Assembly (NCBI GenBank): GCA_036274735.1
Contig: DASUFD010000124.1
Span: forward strand, 25,880-89,879
DNA: 64,000 nt
Origin: Burkholderiales bacterium
GTDB lineage: Bacteria; Pseudomonadota; Gammaproteobacteria; Burkholderiales; SG8-39
Reading direction: 5' to 3'
How positions within the stretch are numbered: position 1 is the first letter of the stretch; each line of letters opens with the position of its first letter. Made by a program: the position numbers and the translations under genes. Shown one piece after another: positions 29,509 through 38,688 of this stretch. Below the pieces are notes generated by a model. It searched no databases and was not told where the DNA came from. It worked only from the letters and a program-made list of their open reading frames with translations.

Positions 29509-30497
29509 TGCCCGCCCGCCTCGCCCCGCCGCGCTTCTCGCCTCCTCTGCGCTTCTCGCGCCTGCTCTTAAAGGTGAACGCCTTCCTGCTCGCTGCGCTG
29601 CTGCTCGTCGCCGCCTTTCTCGGGCTCGTCGCCTACAAGCAGGGCTGGTTCGTGAAGCAGACGCCGATCCACTTCGTGACCGCCAACGCGCTCGGCATCA
29701 ACAAGGGGATGCCGGTGAAGCTCTACGGCTTCACGGTCGGCTCGGTGAGCAACATGCAGCTCGCCCAGGAGGGCGTCGACGTCGAGCTCTCCATCATCAA
29801 TGCCAACCTGCCGCGCATCCCGCGCGGCTCGCGCGCCAAGCTGGCGCGCGAATCCGGGGTCGTCGGCGCGAGCGTGATCGAGATCGCTCCCGGCAAGGGC
29901 GGCGTGCCGGTGGCGAGTGGCGAGCGCATCGACTTCGAGCCAAGCCGCGGCATTTCCGAGATCATTGACGATTTTCGCCGGCAGGCGGTACCCGCGTTCA
30001 ACGAGATTCGCCAGGTGCTCGCGCAAATGCGCCAGTCCGGCGAGGACGTCTCGGTCGTTCTCGCCGGACTGCGCCGCGAGGTCGACCGTCTGCCGCAAAC
30101 GCATCAGGAGTTGCGCGAGCTGCTTGTCAACGCCGGGCAGGCGAGCCGCGACGTAAGCCGCGACGCGCGCGACGCGCTGAGCGCGGCGCGCCGGGCAAGC
30201 GGGAGCGCAGGACGGGCCGCCACGGCGGTGGATCGCGCGGTGCCCGAGCTCTCGGAAAAGCTGATCGCCACGCTCGACTCGCTCGAAGCGACGAGCGAGC
30301 AGCTGCGCCGCACGGGGCTGCAGGCCGAGGAGACGCTGCGCCGCGCCGGCCCCGTCCTCGAACGCGGCGAAGCGGCAGCGCGCGAGGCAAGCGACGTATT
30401 CAGTGCAGCAAAACGCGTATGGCCGATCCGCGACTCGCTGGAGGAAGGCGGCGAGCGTCTGCTGCCCATCGACAGCTTCGACGGCATCGCCCGGTGA
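29508..30497 (+). CDS. MlaD/MCE-domain protein with long helical C-terminus
   Basis: ATG 29508; single TM; ALGINKGMPVKLYGFTVGSV MCE motif; Ala/Arg/Glu-rich helical tail. Confidence 0.88.
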   Translation: MPARLAPPRFSPPLRFSRLLLKVNAFLLAALLLVAAFLGLVAYKQGWFVKQTPIHFVTANALGINKGMPVKLYGFTVGSVSNMQLAQEGVDVELSIINANLPRIPRGSRAKLARESGVVGASVIEIAPGKGGVPVASGERIDFEPSRGISEIIDDFRRQAVPAFNEIRQVLAQMRQSGEDVSVVLAGLRREVDRLPQTHQELRELLVNAGQASRDVSRDARDALSAARRASGSAGRAATAVDRAVPELSEKLIATLDSLEATSEQLRRTGLQAEETLRRAGPVLERGEAAAREASDVFSAAKRVWPIRDSLEEGGERLLPIDSFDGIAR

Positions 30498-31321
30498 GAC
30501 GCGGCAGCCTACTCGGCCTGCTCCTTTGCTGCGCATGCGCGGTCGCGCCGCGGGTAGAAGCGCCGATGCAAGGCCGGCTGGCGCAGGCCGAGGGGCGCGC
30601 CGCTGCGCAATTGCGCAGCGGCGATGCGGCCGCGGCAGCGAGGAGCTACGACGAAGCTTTGCGCATCGCGACCGCGCTCGAGGACCTGGACGCCGTGGCC
30701 GTCAACGCCATCAACCTGTCGATCGTGTATCAGTGGCTCGGACGCAACGCCGAGGCGCGGGCGGCCCTCGCGGCGGTCGTCGATGACCCGCGTCCCTTCC
30801 CGGCGCGCCGGCGCCTGCAGGCCGAGCTTCGCCGCGCCATCGTCGACCTCGCCGCCGGCGAGCCGGCCTCGGCCGCCGCGATGGCAGCGCGCGCCGAGCG
30901 TCGCTGCGCGCCGCGCTGCGACTATTCGGCCACGCTCCTCAACGTGAACGCCGAAATCGCGCTCGCGCGCGGCGATGCGAGCGGTGCCGCCGGAGACGCC
31001 GCACGCGCGCTAGAGCGCGCGCGCAGCGGCGAGGACAGCGTCGAAGCCGCCAATGCCCTGCGAACGCTGGGCCGCTCGGCGCGCCTGCGCGGCGACCCAG
31101 CTGGCGCCCGAACGCTCCTCGAGCAAGCGCTCGAACTCGATCGCAAGCTCGCCGACCCACGCAAGATCCTAGCCGACCTGACCGAGCTCGCCGGCGCCGC
31201 GCAGGAGCAAGGCGACCGTGCGGCCGCCAGCGGTTATGCCGCGCGGGCGGCCGCGGTCGGCCGCGTCGTGGACAGCGGCCGCGGCATGGCGGAAATGGAA
31301 GCGGGGCTGCGGCGGCCCTAG
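30494..31321 (+). CDS. TPR-like lipoprotein
   Basis: GTG 30494; signal peptide with Cys (LLLCCAC); repeats such as ANALRTLG..ARTLLEQALELD. Confidence 0.75.
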   Translation: MRRGSLLGLLLCCACAVAPRVEAPMQGRLAQAEGRAAAQLRSGDAAAAARSYDEALRIATALEDLDAVAVNAINLSIVYQWLGRNAEARAALAAVVDDPRPFPARRRLQAELRRAIVDLAAGEPASAAAMAARAERRCAPRCDYSATLLNVNAEIALARGDASGAAGDAARALERARSGEDSVEAANALRTLGRSARLRGDPAGARTLLEQALELDRKLADPRKILADLTELAGAAQEQGDRAAASGYAARAAAVGRVVDSGRGMAEMEAGLRRP

Positions 31322-32265
31322 CCGACCGACTCGCACACGGCGGTCCACGTGCCGTCGATGCACTCGACGTCCTGCTCCAGCCGCGCGCCGAAGCCGAGCA
31401 GCTCGCGCACCTTCGCCTCGACTGCCTCTCGCGTCGCTCCTGAGACAACTGTCTTCAGGCCGAACCGCTCGACGATGACGCGCACTGCGGCGCGCCGGTT
31501 CTCACAGGTGGCGATCCACTTCGCGCCGATCAGCGCTGGCTCGGCGAGGACGTGCGCACCCTCGGCCGCCAGTCGTTCGAGCACCGCGGCGACGCTCTCG
31601 CGGCTGCTCCCGGAGACGATGAAGTGCGTGCCGGCGTCCGAAACGTGCGCGGGCGCCTCGCGCGCCGGCGCCGCCTTCGGCCCGCGGGCCCGCAGGCGGG
31701 CCTGCGCCTCGGCGACCCGCCGCGCCACGCGCACCGCTGGGTTTACGGCGTACACCTCGTGCGTGCGCGCGTGCTTGTCGGTGCGGCCCCCGAGGGCCTG
31801 GAACATCGTGCCGTACTCGGCGGAGAGAAGCAGCATCACGTCATAGAACGAGCGCGACACCAGGAGCTGCCCGGCGCCGGCGAAGGACATGATGCGCTGC
31901 GCCACGTTGATGCCGTCGCCGATCACGTTCTCCTGGCCGTTGATGTCGCGACTCACGTGCACCGGGCCGAGATTGATGCCCATGCGCAGGGGCAGCTCGC
32001 CGACGGTGTCGAATATCGCGAGAGCAGCGAAGAGCGTCCGCTCGGGATCGCCGAGAAAGGCGACCGCTGCGCCGTCGCCGGTGTCGATCACCACTCGCTC
32101 CGCGGCCGCCGTATCCTGCAAGGCCGCGGCCAGCATTTGGTTGAAGCTGTGCTTGAGACGGATCTCCTCGCTGACGCCGAGCCGCGAATAGCCGACGATG
32201 TCGAGGAAGAGCACGCTGCAGACCAGCGTGCGGCTCGCCTCGTGCGAGGGCGCCGGGTCGTTCAT
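31318..32265 (-). CDS. class III nucleotide cyclase with tandem C-terminal repeats
   Basis: LFLDIVGYS, TGDG, RMGINLGPV, GDGINVAQR; start overlaps the ffh stop. Confidence 0.85.
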   Translation of the reverse strand: MNDPAPSHEASRTLVCSVLFLDIVGYSRLGVSEEIRLKHSFNQMLAAALQDTAAAERVVIDTGDGAAVAFLGDPERTLFAALAIFDTVGELPLRMGINLGPVHVSRDINGQENVIGDGINVAQRIMSFAGAGQLLVSRSFYDVMLLLSAEYGTMFQALGGRTDKHARTHEVYAVNPAVRVARRVAEAQARLRARGPKAAPAREAPAHVSDAGTHFIVSGSSRESVAAVLERLAAEGAHVLAEPALIGAKWIATCENRRAAVRVIVERFGLKTVVSGATREAVEAKVRELLGFGARLEQDVECIDGTWTAVCESVG

Positions 32266-33611
32266 CGCACGCCGGGAATCATGCCCTTCATGTTGCGCAT
32301 CATCCGCTGCAGGTTCCCGCCCTTCATCATCTTCATCATCTTTTGCATCTGCTCGAATTGATTGAGCAGCTGATTCACCGCCTGCACCGGCACGCCGGCG
32401 CCCGCGGCGATGCGCCGCTTGCGCGAGGCCTTGATGAGTTCGGGCTTGGTTCGCTCTTGCGGCGTCATCGAGTTGATAATGCCTTCGATGCGCCGTAGCT
32501 GCTTGTCGTCCTGCAGCTTCGCCGGGTCGACCTGCCCGACGAGCTGCGCCGGCAGCTTGTCCATCAGCGAGGCAACACCGCCCATCTTCTTCATCTGGGC
32601 GATCTGCTGCTTGAAGTCCTCAAGGTCGAAGCCCCGGCCCTTCTTCACCTTCTCCGCAACGCGCTTCGCTTCCTCGAGGTCGATCTTCGCGTGCGCTTCC
32701 TCGACGAGCGACAGGATGTCGCCCATGCCGAGGATGCGCGCCGCCATGCGCTCCGGGTGGAAAGCCTCCAGGCCGCCGAGCTTCTCGCCGACGCCCGCGA
32801 ACTTGATCGGCTTGCCGGTGACGTGGCGCACCGAGAGCGCCGCGCCCCCGCGCGCGTCGCCGTCCAGCTTGGTCAGGATCACGCCGGTGAGCGGCAGGCG
32901 CTCGTTGAACGCGCGAGCGACGTTGACGGCGTCCTGGCCCTGCATAGCATCGACGATGAACAGCGTCTCGACGGGGTGCAGCGCGGCGTGCAGCGCGGCC
33001 ACCTCGCGCATCATTTCTTCGTCGATTGCCAGCCGGCCAGCCGTGTCGACGATCAGCACGTCGAGATAGTGGGTGCGCGCGTACTCGAGCGCCCGCTTGG
33101 CGATCTCGAGCGGGTTTTCGCTGGTTTGCGAAGGAACGAACGCGGCGCCGGCCTGCGCAGCCACGGTCTTCAGCTGCTCGATCGCCGCGGGTCGATATAC
33201 GTCGGTAGAAACGAGCGCCACTTTCTTGCGCTCTCTGCCAAGCAGCAGGGCGAGCTTGCCGCTCGTCGTCGTCTTGCCCGAGCCCTGGAGGCCCGCCATG
33301 AGGATCACGGCGGGGGGCTGGGTCGCGAGGTCGAGCGGCACGTTCGCCGCGCCCATGAGGGCGGCGAGCTCGCGATGCACCACGCCGACCAGCGCCTGGC
33401 CGGGAGTGAGGCTGCCGACCACGTCGGCGCCGAGCGCCTTGGCACGCACCGCGTCGATGAAATGCCTCACCACCGGTAGCGCGACGTCGGCTTCGAGCAG
33501 CGCCACGCGCACCTCGCGCAGCGCTTCCTGGATGTTCGACTCGGTAAGGCGCGCTTCGCCGCGCACGTGCTTGACGATGCGCGCGAGCCGCTCGGTAAGG
33601 GTATCCAGCAT
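32262..33611 (-). CDS. ffh: signal recognition particle protein
   Basis: Start MLDTLTERL; GLQGSGKTT, DTAGR, TKLDGDARGG, Met-rich M domain. Confidence 0.98.
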   Translation of the reverse strand: MLDTLTERLARIVKHVRGEARLTESNIQEALREVRVALLEADVALPVVRHFIDAVRAKALGADVVGSLTPGQALVGVVHRELAALMGAANVPLDLATQPPAVILMAGLQGSGKTTTSGKLALLLGRERKKVALVSTDVYRPAAIEQLKTVAAQAGAAFVPSQTSENPLEIAKRALEYARTHYLDVLIVDTAGRLAIDEEMMREVAALHAALHPVETLFIVDAMQGQDAVNVARAFNERLPLTGVILTKLDGDARGGAALSVRHVTGKPIKFAGVGEKLGGLEAFHPERMAARILGMGDILSLVEEAHAKIDLEEAKRVAEKVKKGRGFDLEDFKQQIAQMKKMGGVASLMDKLPAQLVGQVDPAKLQDDKQLRRIEGIINSMTPQERTKPELIKASRKRRIAAGAGVPVQAVNQLLNQFEQMQKMMKMMKGGNLQRMMRNMKGMIPGVR

Positions 33612-33629
33612 GGGGTGTAAACTGAAGAG

Positions 33630-34481
33630 GTGCCCGACATTGTAATTCAGGCGATCGCGTCCGCCGCGTACGCGGTCCTGGCGTGGCACCTCTGGCGCTC
33701 GCGCTGGCGGCCCAGCGCCGCCCTCGCGCGCCCCGAGCTCAATCTCGGCGAGCGCCTCGCGATCCTCGCACCGCTCGCCCTGCATGCCTGGCTGCTCGCC
33801 CACGGCATCTTCGGCGCGGCGCAGCTACGTTTCGGCTTCGCCTGGGCGCTTTCGGCGATGCTCTGGCTCGCCGTGCTGATCTACTGGGTGGAGAGCCTCT
33901 TCTTCAGCCTGATGGGCATGCAGCCGCTGGTGCTCGGCGCCGCCGCCTTGGGCGCGCTGCTGCCGGCATGGTTCCCTGGCCGGCTCATGGCCAACGCCGT
34001 GTCCTCCGACTTCAAGGTGCATCTTGCGCTCGCCATCGTCGCCTACAGCGTCTTCACCATCGCGCTGTTGCACGCGGTGCTCATGGCCCTCGCCGACCGC
34101 CTGCTCCACCGCCGGAGCGCGGCAAGCGAGCTGCTGCGTGGCGACCCGCTGCACGGGCCGGCGTCCCGGCTGCCGCCGCTCCTCACCATAGAGCGCATGT
34201 TCTTTCGCCTCGTCGGCACCGCCTTCGTCCTGCTGACGCTCGTGCTCGCTACGGGGATGACGCTCTCCGAATCCATGTTCGGCCGCGCCATGCGCTTCAA
34301 CCATGAGACGGTGTTCGCCGTCATGGCCTGGCTGACGTTCGCCGTTCTGCTTTGGGGCCGGCTCGCGCGCGGTTGGCGCGGACGCACGGCGCTGCGCTGG
34401 ACGGTGGCCGGTTTCGTCATGGTGCTGCTCGCGAACATCGGCACCGCGTTCGTCCTCGAGGTGCTGCTGCACCGCGGCTGA
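33630..34481 (+). CDS. ypjD: inner membrane protein YpjD (CcsA-like)
   Basis: About 8 TM helices; LPPLLTIE, HETV, GWRGR; divergent from ffh. Confidence 0.85.
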   Translation: MPDIVIQAIASAAYAVLAWHLWRSRWRPSAALARPELNLGERLAILAPLALHAWLLAHGIFGAAQLRFGFAWALSAMLWLAVLIYWVESLFFSLMGMQPLVLGAAALGALLPAWFPGRLMANAVSSDFKVHLALAIVAYSVFTIALLHAVLMALADRLLHRRSAASELLRGDPLHGPASRLPPLLTIERMFFRLVGTAFVLLTLVLATGMTLSESMFGRAMRFNHETVFAVMAWLTFAVLLWGRLARGWRGRTALRWTVAGFVMVLLANIGTAFVLEVLLHRG

Positions 34482-35798
34482 GTGGACCTGCTGCTCCTCG
34501 CCGGCCTGATCCTCCTGAATGGCGCCTTCGCCATGGCGGAGGTTGCGCTGCTTACAGCGCGCCGCCCGCGCCTCGAGGCGCTCGCCAAGCACGGCGACAC
34601 CCTTGCCGCAGCCGCTGTCCGGCTCAGCTCGGATCCGACGCGATTCCTGTCCACTATCCAGATCGGCATCACCTCAATCGGCCTGCTGAACGGCATCGTC
34701 GGCGAAGCGATCCTCGGCGCCCGGTTCGCCGCCTGGCTGCAGGCAAACTTCGGCCTCCAGCCCGGGACCGCCGGCGTCCTTGCCACGGCTGGCATCGTCA
34801 TTAGCATCACCTACGTCTCCATCGTAGTCGGCGAGCTGGTGCCGAAGCGCCTGGGGCAGCATAACGCCGAAGGCATCGCGCGCGTGGTCGCCCTGCCGAT
34901 GCTCTGGCTCGGCAAAATCTCCGCGCCGTTCGTTCATCTGCTGTCCAGGTCGACCAATGCCATCCTCGCCCCCCTGCTCGTCGTGCTTCGCCTACGCCGG
35001 GGCGAGGAAGAGGAGATGTCGCCGGAAGAAATTCGCACGATCCTGCTCGAGTACTCGAACTACCTGCCGAAGAAGCACACTTCCATCCTGATGAACCTCT
35101 TTGACGTCGGCAGTATCACCGTTCAGGACATCATGGTTCCGCGCTCGCGCATCGAGTCGGTGTGCTTGGAGGACGGTATGGAAACGGTATCGCGCCAACT
35201 GGCCACCAGCCACCACATGCGCCTGCCCGTGTTCCGCGATCACGAGGGCGACCTCGCCGGCGTGCTGCACCTGCGCAAGATTCTCGGTGCGCTGCATGCC
35301 GGACCGCTCGACGAAGCGGCGCTCACTGCCGTGCTCGAGGACCCTTACTTCGTGCCGGCCAGCACCTCCGTGCTCTCGCAGATGCAGTACTTCCAGGAGA
35401 ACCGCGAGCGTCTGGCGCTTGTCGTGGACGAGTACGGCGAACTGATGGGCTTGGTCGCGCTCGAGGACATCATCGAGGAGATCATCGGCAAGTTCACCAC
35501 CTCACTGCCGAACGCCGCGCCGCTCGCTTGGGACGCCGCCGGCACGGCCACCGCGGAGGGTGCGATGCCGGTGCGCGAGGTGAACCGGGCGCTCGGGCTC
35601 ACGCTGCCCACCCACGGCCCGAAAACACTGAACGGCCTGATTGTCGAGCACCTTCAGGACATCCCCGAGGCGGACGTGTCCATAAAGATCGGCGGCGTGC
35701 CGATGGAGATCGTTCACGCACAGGGCCGGACGATCAAGACCGTGCGCATTTTTCGGCCCTCCGCCAACGTAGAAAGTACAGTCTCGTCAGAGGCTTAG
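34482..35798 (+). CDS. CNNM/HlyC-CorC family protein (DUF21 + CBS pair + CorC domain)
   Basis: GELVPK, DIMVPR, VVDEYG..GLVALEDIIEE, PKTLNGL. Confidence 0.9.
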   Translation: MDLLLLAGLILLNGAFAMAEVALLTARRPRLEALAKHGDTLAAAAVRLSSDPTRFLSTIQIGITSIGLLNGIVGEAILGARFAAWLQANFGLQPGTAGVLATAGIVISITYVSIVVGELVPKRLGQHNAEGIARVVALPMLWLGKISAPFVHLLSRSTNAILAPLLVVLRLRRGEEEEMSPEEIRTILLEYSNYLPKKHTSILMNLFDVGSITVQDIMVPRSRIESVCLEDGMETVSRQLATSHHMRLPVFRDHEGDLAGVLHLRKILGALHAGPLDEAALTAVLEDPYFVPASTSVLSQMQYFQENRERLALVVDEYGELMGLVALEDIIEEIIGKFTTSLPNAAPLAWDAAGTATAEGAMPVREVNRALGLTLPTHGPKTLNGLIVEHLQDIPEADVSIKIGGVPMEIVHAQGRTIKTVRIFRPSANVESTVSSEA

Positions 35799-35802
35799 AA
35801 AG

Positions 35803-35843
35803 GGAACTTCACCCTTTACAAAACCCTCAACGCCGGGCATCAT
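35803..35843 (+). promoter_or_regulatory. candidate pilC promoter(s)
   Basis: TTTACA (35815), 17 nt, CATCAT (35838); also GGAACTT-N17-TCAA, resembling an ECF/sigmaE promoter. Confidence 0.4.
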
Positions 35844-35904
35844 CGCGCGGGTAAGCGGGAGGACGGGGTGCCCCCGCGCAGGCAGTCGGTGGAGGGAATC
35901 GGGA

Positions 35905-37128
35905 ATGGCAACCGCAGCGGCGGCCCTCAAGGGGCCGAAAGAGTTCGTCTTCGCTTGGGAAGGCAAGGACAAGGCCGGCAAGACCATCCGCGGCGAACTG
36001 CGGGCGGCGAGCGAAATCGCGGTCAACGCCACGCTGCGTCGGCAAGGCATCCTGGTGCAGAAGGTGAAGAAGCAGCGCCGGCGGGGTGGCGGCAAGGTGA
36101 CGGAGAAGGACATTTCGCTCTTCACCCGCCAGATGGCGACGATGATGAAGGCGGGCGTACCGCTACTGCAGTCGTTCGATATCGTCGGCAAGGGCGCCTC
36201 CAACCCCGCGGTGCAAAAGCTGCTCCTGGACATCAAGAGCGACGTGGAAACCGGCTCCGCCCTCGCCTCCGCGTTTCGCAAGTATCCGCTGTACTTCGAC
36301 GCGCTGTTCTGCAACCTGGTACAGGCAGGCGAGCAAGCCGGCATTCTGGAGACCCTCCTCGACCGGCTTGCGACCTACAAGGAGAAGATCCTCGCCATCA
36401 AGTCGAAGATCAAGAGCGCGCTCTTCTACCCCATCGCGATCATCGCGGTGGCGTTCATCATCACCGCGGTGATCATGATCTTCGTCATCCCCGCGTTCAA
36501 GGAGGTCTTCACCAACTTCGGCGCCGATCTGCCGGCCCCGACGCTGCTCGTCATCGCGATCTCCAACTGGTTCGTCGCCTACTGGTACGTCATCTTCCCG
36601 GTCATCATCGGGTCCATCTACGGGTTCTTCGAGGCCTGGAAACGCTCGATGGCCGTGCAGATCTTCATGGACCGCACGATGCTCAAGATCCCGGTATTCG
36701 GCGATCTCGTACGTAAGTCCGCGATCGCGCGCTGGACGCGCACTCTGTCGACGATGTTCGCTGCCGGTGTGCCGCTCGTCGAGGCGCTCGATTCCGTAGG
36801 CGGTGCGGCGGGCAACTACGTCTATGCGAGCGCGACCAAGCAGATCCAGGCCGACGTCTCGACGGGCACTTCGCTCACCGCCGCCATGCAGAATGCCAGC
36901 GTGTTTCCGCCGATGGTGCTGCAGATGGTGGCCATCGGCGAGGAAACGGGCGCCCTCGACAGCATGCTCAGCAAGGTGGCCGACTTCTACGAGCAGGAGG
37001 TCGACGACGCCGTCGAGGCGCTTTCCTCGCTGATGGAGCCGATGATCATGGTCATCCTCGGCACGCTGATCGGCGGCATGGTGATTGCCATGTACCTGCC
37101 GATCTTCAAGATCGGCCAGGCGGTCTAG
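35905..37128 (+). CDS. pilC: type IV pilus assembly platform protein
   Basis: FTRQMATMMKAGVPL, AGEQAG, KSALFYP, IGEETGALD, MYLPIF. Confidence 0.96.
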   Translation: MATAAAALKGPKEFVFAWEGKDKAGKTIRGELRAASEIAVNATLRRQGILVQKVKKQRRRGGGKVTEKDISLFTRQMATMMKAGVPLLQSFDIVGKGASNPAVQKLLLDIKSDVETGSALASAFRKYPLYFDALFCNLVQAGEQAGILETLLDRLATYKEKILAIKSKIKSALFYPIAIIAVAFIITAVIMIFVIPAFKEVFTNFGADLPAPTLLVIAISNWFVAYWYVIFPVIIGSIYGFFEAWKRSMAVQIFMDRTMLKIPVFGDLVRKSAIARWTRTLSTMFAAGVPLVEALDSVGGAAGNYVYASATKQIQADVSTGTSLTAAMQNASVFPPMVLQMVAIGEETGALDSMLSKVADFYEQEVDDAVEALSSLMEPMIMVILGTLIGGMVIAMYLPIFKIGQAV

Positions 37129-37144
37129 GGAGCGCGCGAAGGCA

Positions 37145-38008
37145 ATGACGTTCCTCGGCTGGCTCCCTCAGCCAGCCGTGTTTCCCTGGCTGGCGCTGCT
37201 TTTCGGGCTGTGTATCGGCTCGTTCCTCAACGTCGTCATCTTCCGGCTGCCCAAGATGCTGGAACGCGAATGGCGCGCCGAATGTGCGGCCCTCGCCGGC
37301 GCGTCCCCCGCCGAAGAGCGCCCACTCAATCTCATTACGCCGCGCTCCCGCTGCCCCGGCTGCGGCCATGGCATCCGCGCCTGGGAGAACGTTCCGGTGC
37401 TGAGCTGGGTACTGCTGCGCGGCAGGTGCTCGAGCTGCGGCATGGGCATCAGTGTGAGATATCCGCTCGTCGAGCTGCTCGGCGGCATTGCCGCAGCGGC
37501 GGCGGCCTGGCGCTTCGGACCCTCGGTCGCGGCCCTCGCTGCCGCTGTCTTCGCCTGGTTCACGATCGCGCTCGCCTTCATCGACCAGGAGACGGGGCTG
37601 CTGCCCGACGACCTGACGCTGCCGCTCGTTTGGGTCGGACTCCTCGTCAACCTGACTGGCGCGTTCGTACCGCTCTCCCAGGCGGTGGTCGGCGCGGTCG
37701 CCGGTTACCTGTCGCTGTGGCTCGTCTACTCGGCCTTCAAGCTCGCCACCGGCAAGGAAGGCATGGGCTACGGCGACTTCAAGATGAATGCCGCGGTAGG
37801 CGCCTTTCTCGGCTGGAAGATGCTGCCGCTCGTTATCCTGCTCTCCTCTGTCGTGGGGCTGATCTTCGGCGCGCTGCAGATGTTCGCCGTGCGGGGGAAA
37901 TGGGAGTCCGGCTTTCGCTTCCACTTCGGCCCGTATATCGCTATCGCCGGAATCGTCGCCCTTTACTGGGGCGATGCCATCGTTCGCTGGTACTTGCAAC
38001 GGCTGTGA
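37145..38008 (+). CDS. pilD: prepilin peptidase / N-methyltransferase
   Basis: GSFLNVVIFRLP, two CxxC pairs, LPD, GMGYGDFK, FGPY. Confidence 0.96.
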   Translation: MTFLGWLPQPAVFPWLALLFGLCIGSFLNVVIFRLPKMLEREWRAECAALAGASPAEERPLNLITPRSRCPGCGHGIRAWENVPVLSWVLLRGRCSSCGMGISVRYPLVELLGGIAAAAAAWRFGPSVAALAAAVFAWFTIALAFIDQETGLLPDDLTLPLVWVGLLVNLTGAFVPLSQAVVGAVAGYLSLWLVYSAFKLATGKEGMGYGDFKMNAAVGAFLGWKMLPLVILLSSVVGLIFGALQMFAVRGKWESGFRFHFGPYIAIAGIVALYWGDAIVRWYLQRL

Positions 38009-38023
38009 CCCGGACCCGGCGTT

Positions 38024-38650
38024 TTGCCCACTAGCGGACGGTTCGTCGTCGGCCTGACCGGCGGCATCGGCAGCGGCAAGAGCGCGGCAGCGGAAGAATT
38101 CGCGCGGCTTGGCGCCGCCGTCGTCGACACCGATGCGATCGCCCACGAGCTGACGGCGCCCAGCGGAGCCGCCATGGCTAGCATTCGGCAAGCCTTCGGC
38201 GACGCCTTCGTTTCCCCGAACGGCGCGCTGGACCGCCGCGCAATGCGACAGCGCGTGTTTGCGGATCCCGCCGCGAAGCGCACGCTCGAGCAGCTCCTGC
38301 ATCCGTTGATCCGCGCCGAGTCCGAGCGCCGCATCGCCGCGGCGCGCGCGCCGTACGTCGTGCACGTCGTGCCGCTGCTCGTCGAGTCCGCCGATTACCG
38401 TCGTCGTGTCGACCGTGTACTGGTGGTGGATGCGCCCGAGCAGACGCAGATCGAGCGGGTGCGCGCGCGCAGCGGCCTCGCCGAGGCCGAGGTGCGTGCC
38501 ATTATGCGCAGTCAAGCCTCTGCAGCCGAGCGGCGGGCGGCAGCCGACGACGTGATCGACAATGGGGGCAGCCTGGAATCGCTGCATTCGCAGGTCGCCG
38601 CGCTGCACCAGAAGTATCTGCGCCTGGCGACAAAAAACACGGCGCCGTGA
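38024..38650 (+). CDS. coaE: dephospho-CoA kinase
   Basis: VGLTGGIGSGKS, LDR, LLHPLI, PLLVE. Confidence 0.96.
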   Translation: MPTSGRFVVGLTGGIGSGKSAAAEEFARLGAAVVDTDAIAHELTAPSGAAMASIRQAFGDAFVSPNGALDRRAMRQRVFADPAAKRTLEQLLHPLIRAESERRIAAARAPYVVHVVPLLVESADYRRRVDRVLVVDAPEQTQIERVRARSGLAEAEVRAIMRSQASAAERRAAADDVIDNGGSLESLHSQVAALHQKYLRLATKNTAP

Positions 38651-38688
38651 GTTGTACGGCAGGGGCAAATCGCTCAGAATCGGCCGGG

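Noticed and set aside
31318..32265. Pycsar anti-phage system
   Set aside because: No adjacent cyclic-nucleotide-binding TIR or TM effector, and no defence-island context.
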